From Schmidtea nova (lineage: Eukaryota), in assembly GCA_044892505.1 (NCBI GenBank), contig CM097882.1, positions 407,092,001 to 407,156,000 of the forward strand: DNA of 64,000 nucleotides, read 5' to 3'. The position numbers and the translations under genes were made by a program. Every line of letters starts with the position of its first letter. The first letter of the stretch is position 1. A model generated the notes under the pieces. It had not been told where the DNA came from. It ran no database searches and worked only from the letters and a program-made list of their open reading frames with translations. Positions 12,269-25,439 of this stretch are shown here, piece after piece.

Positions 12269-13300
12269 CCGTCTTAACCCGAAAATAACACCATGGTGTT
12301 ATGTTTGAATATAAGACCACTCTGGTGTTTTATTCAAATATAACACCATGGTGTTTTAAAATACTTTAATGTAATAAATTTTTTTAATATATTTTTAATA
12401 TTAAAATAATAAATAATAAAAAAAGTATTTCTTAAAATTTTATTATTATATATTCTTTTTTTTTATAAAATATCTATTATAATTTTAAATTTTAAGTACT
12501 TTTAAAATTTTTCTTAATATAAGTTTTTATAAGTATTTATATTATTACAAATCTTTTTGTTTATTTAATATTATTTTTTATTTAATTTCTTGGTTTTAAA
12601 TAAAAACCTTCTAAGGATTAATGTCACCAAAACGTAAGAGTTATAGTATCAAAACAAAGTTAGATATAATTCGCTCATACGAGAAGGGTAAAAGTGGAAA
12701 AGGGCTCCCATCTATTGCTAAAGAACATGGCATAAGTAGAGACACTCTTCGCGGATGGATTACTAAGAAAGATGAGCTTGAAGCTGCAATAAATAATCCA
12801 AATATAGAAACTCGAAAGGTTAGAAGACTTGCTGGTGGAAAAAGAAAACCATACTTTGAATCTTTGGAGCATGAATTAATAGCTTGGATCAAAGAAAAAA
12901 ATAATAAAGGGCTCAGGGTGAAGGATCAGTATATTGGGCAAAAAGCACTAAACTTTTTTAGAAAAATGATAATGGATGGATTATTAGACAGTGTAACACA
13001 GTTTATAGCATCACCAGGTTGGATTTCAAAAGTTAAAGCACGTCATAATCTTGTTTCGTGTCGACAAACTACTTCTAGATCTCTTCCAATTGGTGCTGAT
13101 GATATTTGTCGAAAATTTATTCAATCAATTCATCAACTTATTGAAAAATATGGAATCAAACAAAAAACACATTCAATATGGATCAAGTTCCTAGATATTA
13201 TGAAACAGAACCAAAGACAACCATAATTGAAAACGGTAGTAGAGATGTATTGATGAGAAAAGGGGGCACTTATCATAAACGATTCACAGCTACATTTGCA
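12269..13300 (+). mobile_element. pogo-family DNA transposon, 5' part (3'-truncated)
   Basis: TA followed by CCGTCTTAACCCGAAAATAA terminal sequence. ORF 12621-13226 has a CENP-B/psq HTH and a Tc5 HTH (FIASPGW); a frameshifted NMDQVP DDE start follows. Confidence 0.85.
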
Positions 13301-14237
13301 CATGTTTTATTTAGCTGTTTTATTTTCTGTCTTAAAAAATAAGCCAACTATTCACAAAGTTAGTACATAATTATATAAATTTATTTAAACGGTTAAAATT
13401 AAATGAATAGATTATTTATATTCCACTTCATAAAAAGTTTTTCCAACAAATTATTTGCTATATAAATGCGATTTTCTTAAACAATATTAAATGTAATAGG
13501 ATATATTAGTTTGCGGTTAAAGATTATATTACTAATTTAATTTTGTTGACCAACGCTGATATTAGCCGGGTAACATATGGTTACACAAAATTAACATGAT
13601 GGTTACTAAGGATAAGTATGAATATAGTTTACCATGAATATAATATGAACATAGTAACTCATCATTCATAAAAATGTTTTACTCAACTTGATGATCTATA
13701 TAAATAATATGATAATCACTGTTTCGAGAAAATTTATTAAACAAAAAAATTACATGAACAAATAAATATTTACTGTGACCAAATAATTAGAGAGATTTTA
13801 TATAGTTTTTCTACATTATGTGTCCTTTTATTTATATCCTGTTTGAAGTTACGTGAGTTCGATTATGTAATCTGTATGCTCGAAATACTGCTTGCGAAGT
13901 TAAGATATTGACTTGAAGATATTTTAAAGCAAAGATTTTACAGGTTGTTAGATTCAAAATTATTTATACATTTTCTTGTTATTTTTAAGGATTTAAAGGT
14001 TTTTATTTTTGTCAAAATCTTTGTTTTTTGCAAATAACTTAAAAATAAGTTATACTTTTTTTCGTAATTTATATATTGTTATTTTTATCTCCATCCCTAT
14101 TATTAATATTATTGATTTATCATCAAATATAATCATTATTATAAACAATGAATGTTGATACAATTTGAAGATGATTGTTATTGATTTATCTGTTTGAATA
14201 TTTCTTATTCCATAGATATGCTAGTTATGGTGATTAG

Positions 14238-14275
14238 TGGCCCGAAGAAGACTGATATTCGGTCAAAATACATTA
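14238..14275 (+). ncRNA. Decayed hammerhead-ribozyme-like remnant (Penelope type)
   Basis: CCCGAAGAAGACTGATATTCGGTCAAAA resembles CTGANGA-stem II-GAAA, with both conserved boxes mutated. Confidence 0.3.
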
Positions 14276-15111
14276 TACTAAATATTGGGTTTTCCCCAGT
14301 TTTATTATTATTATTATTATTATTTTCACTGCTATTATTACTATCACTTGTTCTTTGTTTTTAAGGAACTTATGTGCCATTATTTCACCTGCGACTTACA
14401 TTACGTAAGTCTTATTTCTTTATTTAATTTGATTTTAGATTTCCTTCAATACACCCAAAGGGAACCAACACAAACCATCCAACAACCACTCAATAAACCA
14501 CAATTGTGACCCAAACTAAATGTCAGCCTGATAATGATTCTCATCAGAACCATATCNNNNNNNNNNNNNNNNNNNNNNNNNNNNNNNNNNNNNNNNNNNN
14601 NNNNNNNNNNNNNNNNNNNNNNNNNNNNNNNNNNNNNNNNNNNNNNNNNNNNNNNNNNNNNNNNNNNNNNNNNNNNNNNNNNNNNNNNNNNNNNNNNNNN
14701 NNNNNNNNNNNNNNNNNNNNNNNNNNNNNNNNNNNNNNNNNNNNNNNNNNNNTATTTTTAACATTAATTTGTAATATCTACTTACGCAGCTTGTCATCTA
14801 TCACACTTAAATCATCAAATCTCAATTTGTAAAATTTTCTAAAAAATTATTAATATAATGTTGTTACAATAACTTTAAACTATCACTATCAACATTTTGT
14901 CAAAATTAAAATAACAAATACAATTAACCCAATAAATAAGAAACCGAAAGAAAAATTATTCATATGCAAATAAATGATATTAGAATATTTTTAAACTACC
15001 ACCGTCAAAAATAAAAACAATTTTGTCTAAGTTAAAATAACAAATGTTTATATAAAAAATTTTATCACTGTTTGTCTAGTTACTAGAACGCATTTCATAA
15101 GACATGTAGGT

Positions 15112-16103
15112 TGTTGACCTTGATGTTGTTATGGCTCACATCAACAACTCAATATACAAAACATTAGTTTAACCATCTTGTTGCCCGTCAAAATGTGGCG
15201 TTGATAATGCAACAAATGGGTGGATGTCCGAAATCAATGAATGTCGAAAAATTCGAAACTGTGATTGACCAAACATTTCCTGGGTTCAAGGGCTACCAAT
15301 TTTCGCGCCCATTTTGTCCCTTATTCGACATTAATTCTATGATTAACCGTAGAAGCTTTAAGCGACGATTGCAAGAAAGAAAATCACTTCTCGGTGGGTT
15401 GACTTAAGATCTTTACCAAGGTATTACTAAGCAGTTTAACTAGAAGTAAACAAAGTAAAATGTCTAGATTATTTAATAAGTATTCCGTTGGTTACCGATT
15501 TCGGTGCAACATCATTCAAACAGTCACGATATCAATCAATCCATTGATTCAACTTGGAAATAACTCGTTATATACAATACATGTAATCAAATTGAGACAA
15601 AAATACAAACTATATACAAAGATTGTTCGCATTGTAAGTCGGTAATCGATAAGTCAATTGTTTCGACCGACACTTTGCGGAGCTGCCCCAGGAGTCGAGT
15701 CTCCTGACGTCACTTTCGACGAGCACGAACTCCTTTACTGGGTCGCCATTTCTTTGGGCGATCAATAATTGAATTTGCAATTGGCCCTTGTGTCGGCATT
15801 TTTTCTCCAGCCCGTACTGAAAACAACTCCAGGGCGGGGAATTCAACTATTAGTTGCAGCGCCAAGTCGATTCCGGCATAGATCTTCAGCTGGGCGATTT
15901 CCACATCCCGATTTCTTATTGTCATCTTTACGGAGCGCATCTTCGGCGGCCTGATCTTGCAACATCTTGATTTGTTTTCGCATCTTCTCAGTGCCTTCTA
16001 CATTTGTCCACGTAGACCTCACTTTCCGGTACCGAGAGCGAAAATTTTCCACTCGCTCCGTCATCACTCGGAGGTCTCCCCAGAGGAGCTTCTTTTCTTT
16101 CAA
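15112..16103 (-). mobile_element. Unnamed module, copy B: coiled-coil ORF, conserved downstream segment, terminal TGTTGA...TCAACA unit
   Basis: Frameshifted ORF 15640-16103 is homologous to copy A. 15175-15300 is a nucleotide-level match to 53700-53830. Inverted repeat at 15112-15146. Confidence 0.55.
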
Positions 16104-16304
16104 TTCGGGGATCTAGTTCTCAGTAAAATCATGCACATTCGGGGATATTTGATCGCTATTATTTTTGTTATAATGAACGCACAAAACTCTTTATGATTCA
16201 AATTATATTTATTATAAAATGATTAGATATTAAAACAAAATATTAAAACGATGATTAACACGATTATTGTTAATCATCATTGACAATATTATGATATCCT
16301 TTCA

Positions 16305-17450
16305 TCAGCAGCACCCACATCTATGTTTCGATCGATGTCTCCCACTGCGTCTAATGTCGGATTCGGCTGGTATTTTCTCTTGCGTAAGTTGTGCGTCTTT
16401 GACTTCCTGGATCTGCCGGCGGTCTGAGATTTGGTTATTGCTAACCAACGTCACATTGTCGTTCTGACTCTCGATGGTGATGTATGAAGTGTTGTTTCCC
16501 TTAGTCATGATAAATTCGCCCTCTTTTGGTTCCACGTCCTCACTGGCTTTGTGCCAGATGTCCTGGCCTTGTTGAAATTTAGACATTATCGGAGCTCTAT
16601 GCTGTCGCCCGAAAATAATCTCTGCGGGTGATTTCTCCCTCGATGTCGATGAAATTCTGTGGTGGAATAGGATTTTCTGTAGGAAGGTATTGAAATCACA
16701 ATGTATCCGAAGCTCGTTCCATCCTTTGAGAGCTTTCTTGACAGTTTGTACAGTCCTTTCTGCTGATCGGTTTGATCTAGGGAAGTATGCTGGCGATTCT
16801 AGTTTCATTGCTCCTTGGCTGTTGATCCACGCGTTTAGCTCATGCGAAGTGAATTCCTGGGCATTATCCGAGACGAGGCATTCCGGGACTCCAAACCTGG
16901 TGAAAACAGTTCGTAAACACTTGATCACTGACTTACTCGTTTTATCGGATGTCTTGAAGGCTTCAATCCATCCCGAACCAGCGTCTACAATAATGAGCAC
17001 GTCGCCCACCTCTTTGATGTGGGCCCAATCCATATGTACTCTTTGGAATGGTTTCGCTTCTGGCCATTTGTGAATGCTCTTCTCTGGGCGAGGATGTATG
17101 TACTTGCAAATTGCGCATAACCTAAAGAAGTTGTCGATGTCTCCGTGGATTCCAGGCCATCAAGATGATGCCTTTAGCCGGTAAAATGTTGATTGTAGAC
17201 CAGAATGTGTCTCATTGTGTGCTATGTCAATGCATTTCTTCCTTAGTTTTGGTGGAATGAATAGACGTGACCCGTGGTAAAGCAGTCCATCTTCAATTGT
17301 TAGTTGGTCTGATATTTTCTTGAATGGCATTTCTGATTGTGAGCACTTCGACCAATTGCATTTCTTGATGCGACGCATGATATCTCTGGCCAACTCGTTA
17401 AGCGATGTTTCCAATCTGACCTCTGAGGCATTTAATAAGCCCTCGCTAAA
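16305..17450 (-). pseudogene. Ty3/Gypsy integrase fragment
   Basis: H..H...C..C zinc finger, then MDWA/IVDAGS, VSDNAQEF and SAERTVQTVK (DDE core); 5'-truncated at a (TA)n tract. Confidence 0.92.
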
Positions 17451-17467
17451 CTGGACCGTGAAATTTG

Positions 17468-17498
<31 letters not shown>

Positions 17499-18774
17499 AT
17501 GAATTGTTAATTTTTGTTATTTTGGAATTGTGTCTGTGTTGTTATCTGTTATGGTTATTATTATTGCGAAGGTGTTGTACCCCCCCTTGGTATATTTTGA
17601 TAGTTTTAATTGTTTTGAGTATTTTAATTATTATAATTTAATTATGATAATTAAAATTAAAATTTTAAATGTTGGATTTAAAATTAGCAATATATAGAAA
17701 TAAACTATAGAAATTGCTAAGACACAAAAAAAATATTTATTAAAAAAATTAAAAATAATGAGAATTATTAAAAGAAGCTACTAAACTAAATTAATGGAGA
17801 AATTAATAATTGAATCTCTTTACCTGTTATCCAGTTACCAAATTACCTAACGATTTTCTTTTTATCAAGTGATCAAGTAATCAAACGAATTTCTTTTTAT
17901 CAAGTGATCAAGTTATCGATTGAATTCCTTACCAAGTAATCAAACGAATTCCTTGCAAGATTATCAAGTTAACAATTGAATCCCTTTTACCAAGCTATCA
18001 AGTTATCAATTGAATTCCTTTTAAGTTACCCAGATATCAACGAGCGAGTTATCACTACCGAAGTTATAACGTCACTGCGTATAAAAGTAACATTTAATTA
18101 ATATATTTCGGAAAATTATTAGTTTGGTTATTTGTTTTCTAATTCTTAAATTCGATAAATTGTATTCCGGCAATACATACACAGGCACCCCGATTGTCTC
18201 CACACGATTTGTTTTTTGGAAGACTCTATCGGGCTCTTCAATAACTTCCTTTTATACATACAAAATAAATAACATTATCTAATAAAAGCTATCAACATTG
18301 GTAAATTGTAAATTTCGTTTAAATGTTAACCTCCGGTTTTAAAGGGGGAAGCTATGTAATGAGTTGTGAATTTTTGTTATCTTGTTATTATTATTTATTT
18401 TTTATTATTATCTTTATTGTTGTCATTATTGCTATTGAAATCGCAGTGATCTCGGTACGTGTCCCTGCGGACACCGGATAACCCCCTGGTGTTTTTTGCA
18501 AAAATGTTAAAATTATAATTAAAAAATTAAAAATTCACATTTAAAGCAAAAAAAAATCAATAACGACAGAATTAATATTTCTATAGAAACAAATAAGCAA
18601 CCTAAACAAATTTGGATTTTATAATTATAAATTGAAACGAAGGAAACTAAGGACAAAGAAAGAATAACGATTATTTTAAATCAAAATCAACTCTTTATCA
18701 AACTATTTAACAACATTTTATCTCAACAATTTATCAACATTTTATCTCAACATTTTATCTCAACAACTTATCAA

Positions 18775-19045
18775 CATTATCCTATTACCGAAGAATTACA
18801 GAAAACAACTAACTATAAAAGGAAAATCATATAACGTGATCATTATCCTATTACCGAAAAATTACAGAAAACAAATAAATATAAAAAGAAAATCCTATAA
18901 CGTGATCATTATCCTATTACCGAAAAATTACAGAAAACAAATAAATATAAAAAGAAAATCCTATAACGTCATCATTATCCTATTACCGAAAATTTAAAGA
19001 AAACAAATAACTATAGAAGAAAATCCTATTGCGTCATCATTATCC
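18775..19045 (+). repeat. 66-bp tandem repeat, 4 copies
   Basis: CATTATCCTATTACCG starts at 18775, 18841, 18907 and 18973, with a partial copy at 19038. Confidence 0.95.
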
Positions 19046-19355
19046 GTAGTGATCCAACAACTTACTAGAGTACGTATTATTATAATTGTTAATATTTAAT
19101 AAAAACGTTATTCTATTGTAAGTTATTGTTGTTTTGTTATTTTGACATAAATCGCATACAATTTATATACTCGCACCAAATCACGCATACAGGCACTTAC
19201 ATAACCCGCACCCCAATTGTCTCCGCAATAAGTTTCGGAAGACTCTTTTGGGCTATTACAAATCCCTAAACACACAACTATTACAAGTCACAAATAACTA
19301 AGTCAGAAACAATTAACCCAAATAACCAACCATAACATACTATAAATAAACATAC

Positions 19356-19394
<39 letters not shown>

Positions 19395-20109
19395 TATGGT
19401 GGGCGTCATTGGGGACACCGAATAACCTCCCCAATTATTGGTGTGTATTATGCTTATAAAATTTATAATTTTATGCTTATTATTTAAAGTAAATTTGAAT
19501 TTGGCTTGCTATAGCAAATTGCTATAGTAAGCCAAATTACAAATTGGTGATATTGATTTTTTTATTTTGAAAAATAATTAAAGTAATAATTACTAAACAA
19601 AAATTATTCCAGTGATAACAAATAATATTAAGAAAATTGACAAATTGTCAAGACAAATAAAATATAACGAAAATCCTGATGGTCATATAAACTTGATTTA
19701 TTTCTAGCGTTTTAGAAAAACTTTATTATTATTCCATTTGAAAAACTTTCAGAACTCATTCTGAACTCCTATACCAAATCAACTAGAAAGGATATATTAC
19801 AAGTAATTGTTTGTGGTTGTTAGTGTTTGATATAGTACCTTTTATTTACTAAATATAACTTTTGTATAATAATTCGTTTGCTGTTCGTTCTTTGTTGAAT
19901 TTTATTAATATTTTTATTCATTGTTTATTAGTTACATACTTTCAATCGCATACACACACTCATTTAAACAACACGCACCCCAACAGTCCCGACACAAGTT
20001 TTACTGGTGACTCTGTTGGGATCTTCAGTCTCCTACAATACACTTTGCCTACATCCAATCTCAACAAACTAACAAAATACTAACAATAATTGTCTCGCAT
20101 TAGTAAAAT

Positions 20110-20150
<41 letters not shown>

Positions 20151-20389
20151 CTAATTAAAGTAAAAGCCAATGGCACAAATTAGAATGCTCGAAGTTTTAT
20201 AATGATTGAAATATTGACACTTTTATGATTATAAACAAATACTAGCATAGGCTAGGCTAATTTACGATAGGATACAAAAGTCTTGACTTCTAAATTCACA
20301 CTTTTATGAATTTGATTCAATTTAAAAATAAATTACGTACTGAAGGGCAAATAAAATAAAACATTTTAGCTTTAAAAAATTTATTAATA

Positions 20390-22188
20390 TTATTGAAGGA
20401 AGGCTGAAGGAGATAGCGGACACTCATCATCTGACCCTTCAATGAATCTTATTCTTTTGCTAGGCTGAGAGTCTAGCGTCGATGTTGATGGTTGGGTAGG
20501 TGATGTTGGCTTTTGAATGATAGGAGCTAAAGGTTGCGCTACTGGCTTAAAATACGATGTCAATGATGTTTACTTCATTGAGCTTCTCTTTCTCTCTCGA
20601 AGAATTTCTGTGTAGCATGCGATGTCATTTAACAATGTTTTTCCCACTTTCGAACTTCTTTCAAAATAGTTGCCAATCTTTTCAAACCCCTCCACAACCG
20701 TATGCAGTAGGCCTACATAGCGTTCTAAATCTTTTGTTGCTATTTCTGATAATACGGACTCATCGTCGTCATCAACTGCTGATTCAGCTTCTAATTATAG
20801 CCTATGTTGTTCATCTAGCAAAAGTAAATCCTCATCTGTTAAAGGTTCCTCGTGAAATGCCAGCAATTGCGTTACATATTCACTAGCAACTTCAAGATCT
20901 AAATCTCTTGTCATATCTACCACCTCTGTTATTATATTAAGCTCTTCGACTTCAAAGTCATCCATAAGGGTTGGAATCAATTTTTTTCAAACTCCTTTGA
21001 GAGTTGGATCTTTGACTTCCTCCCATGAATCGCGAATGTTTTAATGGCATCTAAAATATTGAATGCTTTCCAGAAGGCTTTCATTTTATTTTTCTTTGGC
21101 TCATTGGGATTCTTGGAACTATCGATTGCGTGAATAGCCTTAGCAAATGTTCGGCGTGTATAATAGGCTTTAAAAGTTGAGATCACTCCTTGGTTAATGG
21201 GCTGCAGAATATATGTAGTATTAAGAGCAAGAAAAATAACTTTAATATCTTTGTACATTTCCATTATAACTCTTTGGTGGCCGGGAGCATTATCACTTAG
21301 TGTCAGAATTTTAAATGGAATTTTTTGCTCTTAACAGTATGCCTGGATGGTAAGCTTAAAATATTCCGTGAACCACTTCGCAAATAGATTGGCAGTCATC
21401 CAGGCTTTATTGTTTGCTTGAAAGTAAACAGGTAGGCTAATTTTGGAAATATATTTCAAGGCCCTAAGATTTTGCGAATGGAATATTAACATGGACTTTA
21501 ATTTTAAATCACCAGACGCATTCGCTCCTAAAATAAGAGTCAGCCTATCCTTGCTAGCTTTAAAACCTGGCATTGATTTTTCCTCTTTAGCCATGAAGGT
21601 TCTAATCGGTAGCTTCTTCCAGAATAGGGCCGTTTCATCAACGTTAAAAATTTGTTGCTTGGTGTAGCCTCCTTCAATTATTTCCGCTAGCTTAGCTGGA
21701 TATCGTTCTGCAGCTTCCATATCAGAACTAGCAGCTTCACCTTGCACCTTAATATTGGGTAGTTGGCTTCGTTCTTTAAATCTCAAACCAGCCTCTGCTA
21801 GCTTCAAACTTTTCGTCTTTAGCTTCGTCCCCTTTGCTAGCCTTCATTGAGTTAAATAGTGTTAGGGCCTTGGATTGAATTGGACCTTGACTTAATAGAA
21901 TGTTTTGACTAGTTTGATCATCAATCCACAAGACTAACGCTTTCACCATTTCAATTATACTGTTATCACGTTTTCTAATCATTGTTGTGTTCACTGGAGT
22001 AACACTTTTAATTTCTTTTTAAAATTCATCTTTAGAGTTAATAACGGTACTCACTGTTTGCCGAGCTAGGCCTAGCCTACGGCTTATATCAGTGTTCGAA
22101 AGACCTTGCTCATGCAATGTTATCATTTCTAACTTTTCAGCCAAAGTAATTTGCTTCCTACTTTTCTTTTCCTAGGTTTAGGGGACAT
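20390..22188 (-). pseudogene. Tigger1/TIGD1-like pogo transposase, near full length with stops and frameshifts
   Basis: [75 protein letters not shown] and IPTLMDDFE, ending in a KRIRFIEGSDD tail. Confidence 0.92.
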
Positions 22189-23816
22189 GGCTATATGAGT
22201 ACGCATATTAATATAGATAACAATACGTAATAAATTTAACGTAACATTAAATACAGCAGCGAAGTTAAGAGCGATGAACAAACGCGTGCTAACACGATTG
22301 AAATAAGCTGTTGAATGCTGCGTGGTGGCGGAGTGTAGAACAACGACGTATTGTTATTTTTGTTACGCATTAGCGAAACGCTATAAAATATTTTTTTTGG
22401 CAGTGGTGCATTGAGCCATGGGCTTTTCATGTATTTTCATGTATACTGGAAGAACCCCAACTAACTAATGATTTACCAAAGCGACTAAAGATGGTACGGC
22501 GACTAGGTGGACCATCATCAGACGTATGGAAGAATTATTAATAAAAAAATAATAAATTCTCATATTTATATAATTTATATGGTGCATTGTGACCGTAGTT
22601 TCGATAAAATTTAAAAATTCATGAATAACATAATAATAATAAAGGTAAAAGGTTAATAATAAATAAATTCAATAATAATAATACGATAATACGATATACC
22701 TAACAAAAAAACTAAAATACACATGGGCAGTGAGGGCATGACTCACTAGCCATGTTCAACGAGAAATATGCTTACATCAAATATCTTGGTTCTGGCTTCA
22801 ACGTTTCCTGGCTCGATTCGACTAGATAGGATTTCAAAATTTTCAGCAAATTCTCTTGCGAGTTCTTTTTAATATTATTTTTTGGTAGGGTTCCTCGGAA
22901 GTGGAGTGTTTGTAGTTGTCTGTACGAAATTCTTAAAACTTCTCTGACAAAGATTTTTCAAATTTTTTTAGCAAATTCTGGTGATTTCGATTTTGATGGC
23001 GGTATATAGTGTTCTGTGTGTTGTTTTCATTGATGCAGTAAAACAAATTGTTCTAGAAAGAATTTTTGATTCTTTCAAAACTAATTTTAATAATTTTAAA
23101 CAAAATTGAATTATTATTTTTGTATTAAGTTTCAATAAAACTCTAAATAATTTATTTTTGATCTAAAATTTTATTTTTAAATAAAAGTTTTTTCTAATAT
23201 AATTCAAATTGTCAAATATTCTCAAACAATTTTCTTTTATATTTTTCCGAGTTTTTAAGGTAAAAATAAAAAATTTCCCCCAGAAAATATGTTAATTTTT
23301 CTTAATCTGCAATTTTATTCCATAATTGATGTTTTTATGTTATACATGTGTATATTTGATGCGTATTTGTTTAGTTTTATTTTAAACGTGTTTTAATTAA
23401 TTATATGTGTTTTATTGTTACTTTGTTTTAATCGGTGTTTTTCTCAGTCATATTTTAAGTTTACTTCGTGCGCGCTCTACATGCTATATTACCACGTTAT
23501 TTAAACAAAATTCAATTTTTGCCCAACAAGTCGGTCTAGGTAAGGACAAAAAGATAGAAAAAGAGGCATCTCAAAAAGAGCTCATAATTTGATTGAAGGT
23601 CAAATTTCCACACGAAGAACCGCAAGAAATGGGTTATGATCATGGCTAGTATAAATATGAAAAATTATGATCAATATATCACAATAAAGACAATAATTTA
23701 TTAAAAATTGTAGTAAAAATCCCCATTAAAATATTTTTCAAATCAGAGATAAGAATAAAAATAGAATTAAATTAAATTTTATTGTTTTAACCAATCAGTA
23801 AGTGCAATAACATATA

Positions 23817-24011
23817 CCGTATTTACCGTCGTATAAGTCGCTACTTTTTTTCGTTAAAAATACAAGTGCGACTAATATAAAGAAGCGACTTAAATGATAA
23901 TTTTTATTTTTTTTCTAACCAAACCAACAAATATCCAGCCAGTAGAAAAAATCGAAAAATTAGGTTGGTGCGACTAATACCACGGTGCGACTTATACCCA
24001 GGAAAATACGA
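23817..24011. mobile_element. pogo-type MITE
   Basis: Imperfect 25-bp TIR (CCGTATTTACCGTCGTATAAGTCGC / GCGACTTATACCCAGGAAAATACGA) flanked by TA on both sides. Confidence 0.85.
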
Positions 24012-24415
24012 TAATAAGACGAAATGATGAAAGGACAACTCGTTTTAGCAAATTAAATAGAAATAATTAATTAAATTAATTAAAATTAAAATTAATCTCA
24101 TCGAGTAAATTGTAAAATAAATCACTTATTGAGTAAGCATGCACAGTTAAAATATAATTATACGCTGACAAATCATAACTAAACTTTAATTTTGCTAACA
24201 GACGTGTGTAAAGTTGTTGTTCGAATGCGTTTGATTAACTTTGAGGGCGGGGAGAATGTTTAACTTTAAGTTTTAGAATTTTAATGTTAATTTTGGGGTT
24301 ATGGTAATATAAAAAATATGTAATTTTAATTTTGTAATTTTTTAATTTTGTAATAATAAATTATGATTAGAAAACAAAAGTAGTTGTTTTAATAAGATTT
24401 GTAATTTAGGTTTTT

Positions 24416-24985
24416 TTGAAATTTGCATGTTGTTGTTCTGAATTTGTCTTACTCGCGAATCTTGTTGAATTATTGGAAATACAATCGAAATTGGTTCTAC
24501 GCATTGGGGATCCTATTTTTGTGCAATGTTGGATGAAACATGTGTCTTGTGATACTATTTTTCTTCGAAGTCGCCAAGGCCAATATCATTGTATTGGATG
24601 TCTAGATGCAGATAATGATACTGCCAAAGATGATCCTGCTGTTAATGCTCAAGCTGCAATTTCTCAAAACCAAGATCTTAAATCCACGTGCGCAAAAGAC
24701 ATGGTTATTGATAATATGACAGCTACTTTTCAAAAAGTGGAACAGAAATTAAAAGATAAATTCCTGTTCACTTCAATTTTACTAGTTCAAATTCTAATTG
24801 AAACGATTGGCCATATCAATAAAAATGAACATTTCAATGACATTGTTGAATTGAGTTCACTGATGCTGCTTCCTTGTACCCGTCCTATATCACGGAACGA
24901 TGTATTGAACCATAACATGATTGTGTCAAATGAATTACAGTTATATGATTTTGCTTTTCATTCGCTGTTTAACCAGTTGTTCTAA
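24416..24985 (+). CDS. Unidentified open frame, possibly a host exon
   Basis: 189 open codons, more GC-rich than the flanks, no ATG start and no recognised motif. Confidence 0.3.
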   Translation: MKFACCCSEFVLLANLVELLEIQSKLVLRIGDPIFVQCWMKHVSCDTIFLRSRQGQYHCIGCLDADNDTAKDDPAVNAQAAISQNQDLKSTCAKDMVIDNMTATFQKVEQKLKDKFLFTSILLVQILIETIGHINKNEHFNDIVELSSLMLLPCTRPISRNDVLNHNMIVSNELQLYDFAFHSLFNQLF

Positions 24986-25439
24986 TTACTCTACCAGCCA
25001 GCATCAGCGTTCATTCAGTTTATTCACTCTAGTGGAACATATTGTGTAGAAACTTGACAGGAGCAAACAAACATATTATGTTATTTTTGCATATTGTAAT
25101 ATGGTAATTTTAACGTTGTGATTGTATGTCTAAGAAATATGTGGAAGTTAAGTTTTAGTTAATGCTCTGTCTTAATTGATTTTACCGATTTTAAACTGAT
25201 TTAGGAGCTCTGTTGGCCCACCGGTCACGAGTTCCCGGTTGGTTGAAGGATCTTCAACCGAACAATCGAGTCGAGTCTTCTGACCATCGCTCAAAATATA
25301 TAGATTGAATAATTCTGAAAGTAAATTAGGAGGGGAGAAATCAAGTTATCAAAGTATAGGAAATATAAGATTGAAAAATAAAGACAGAACCCAGCAAAGA
25401 TTTTCGAATAAGTAAATAAAGATGGGAGAATTCAAATTA

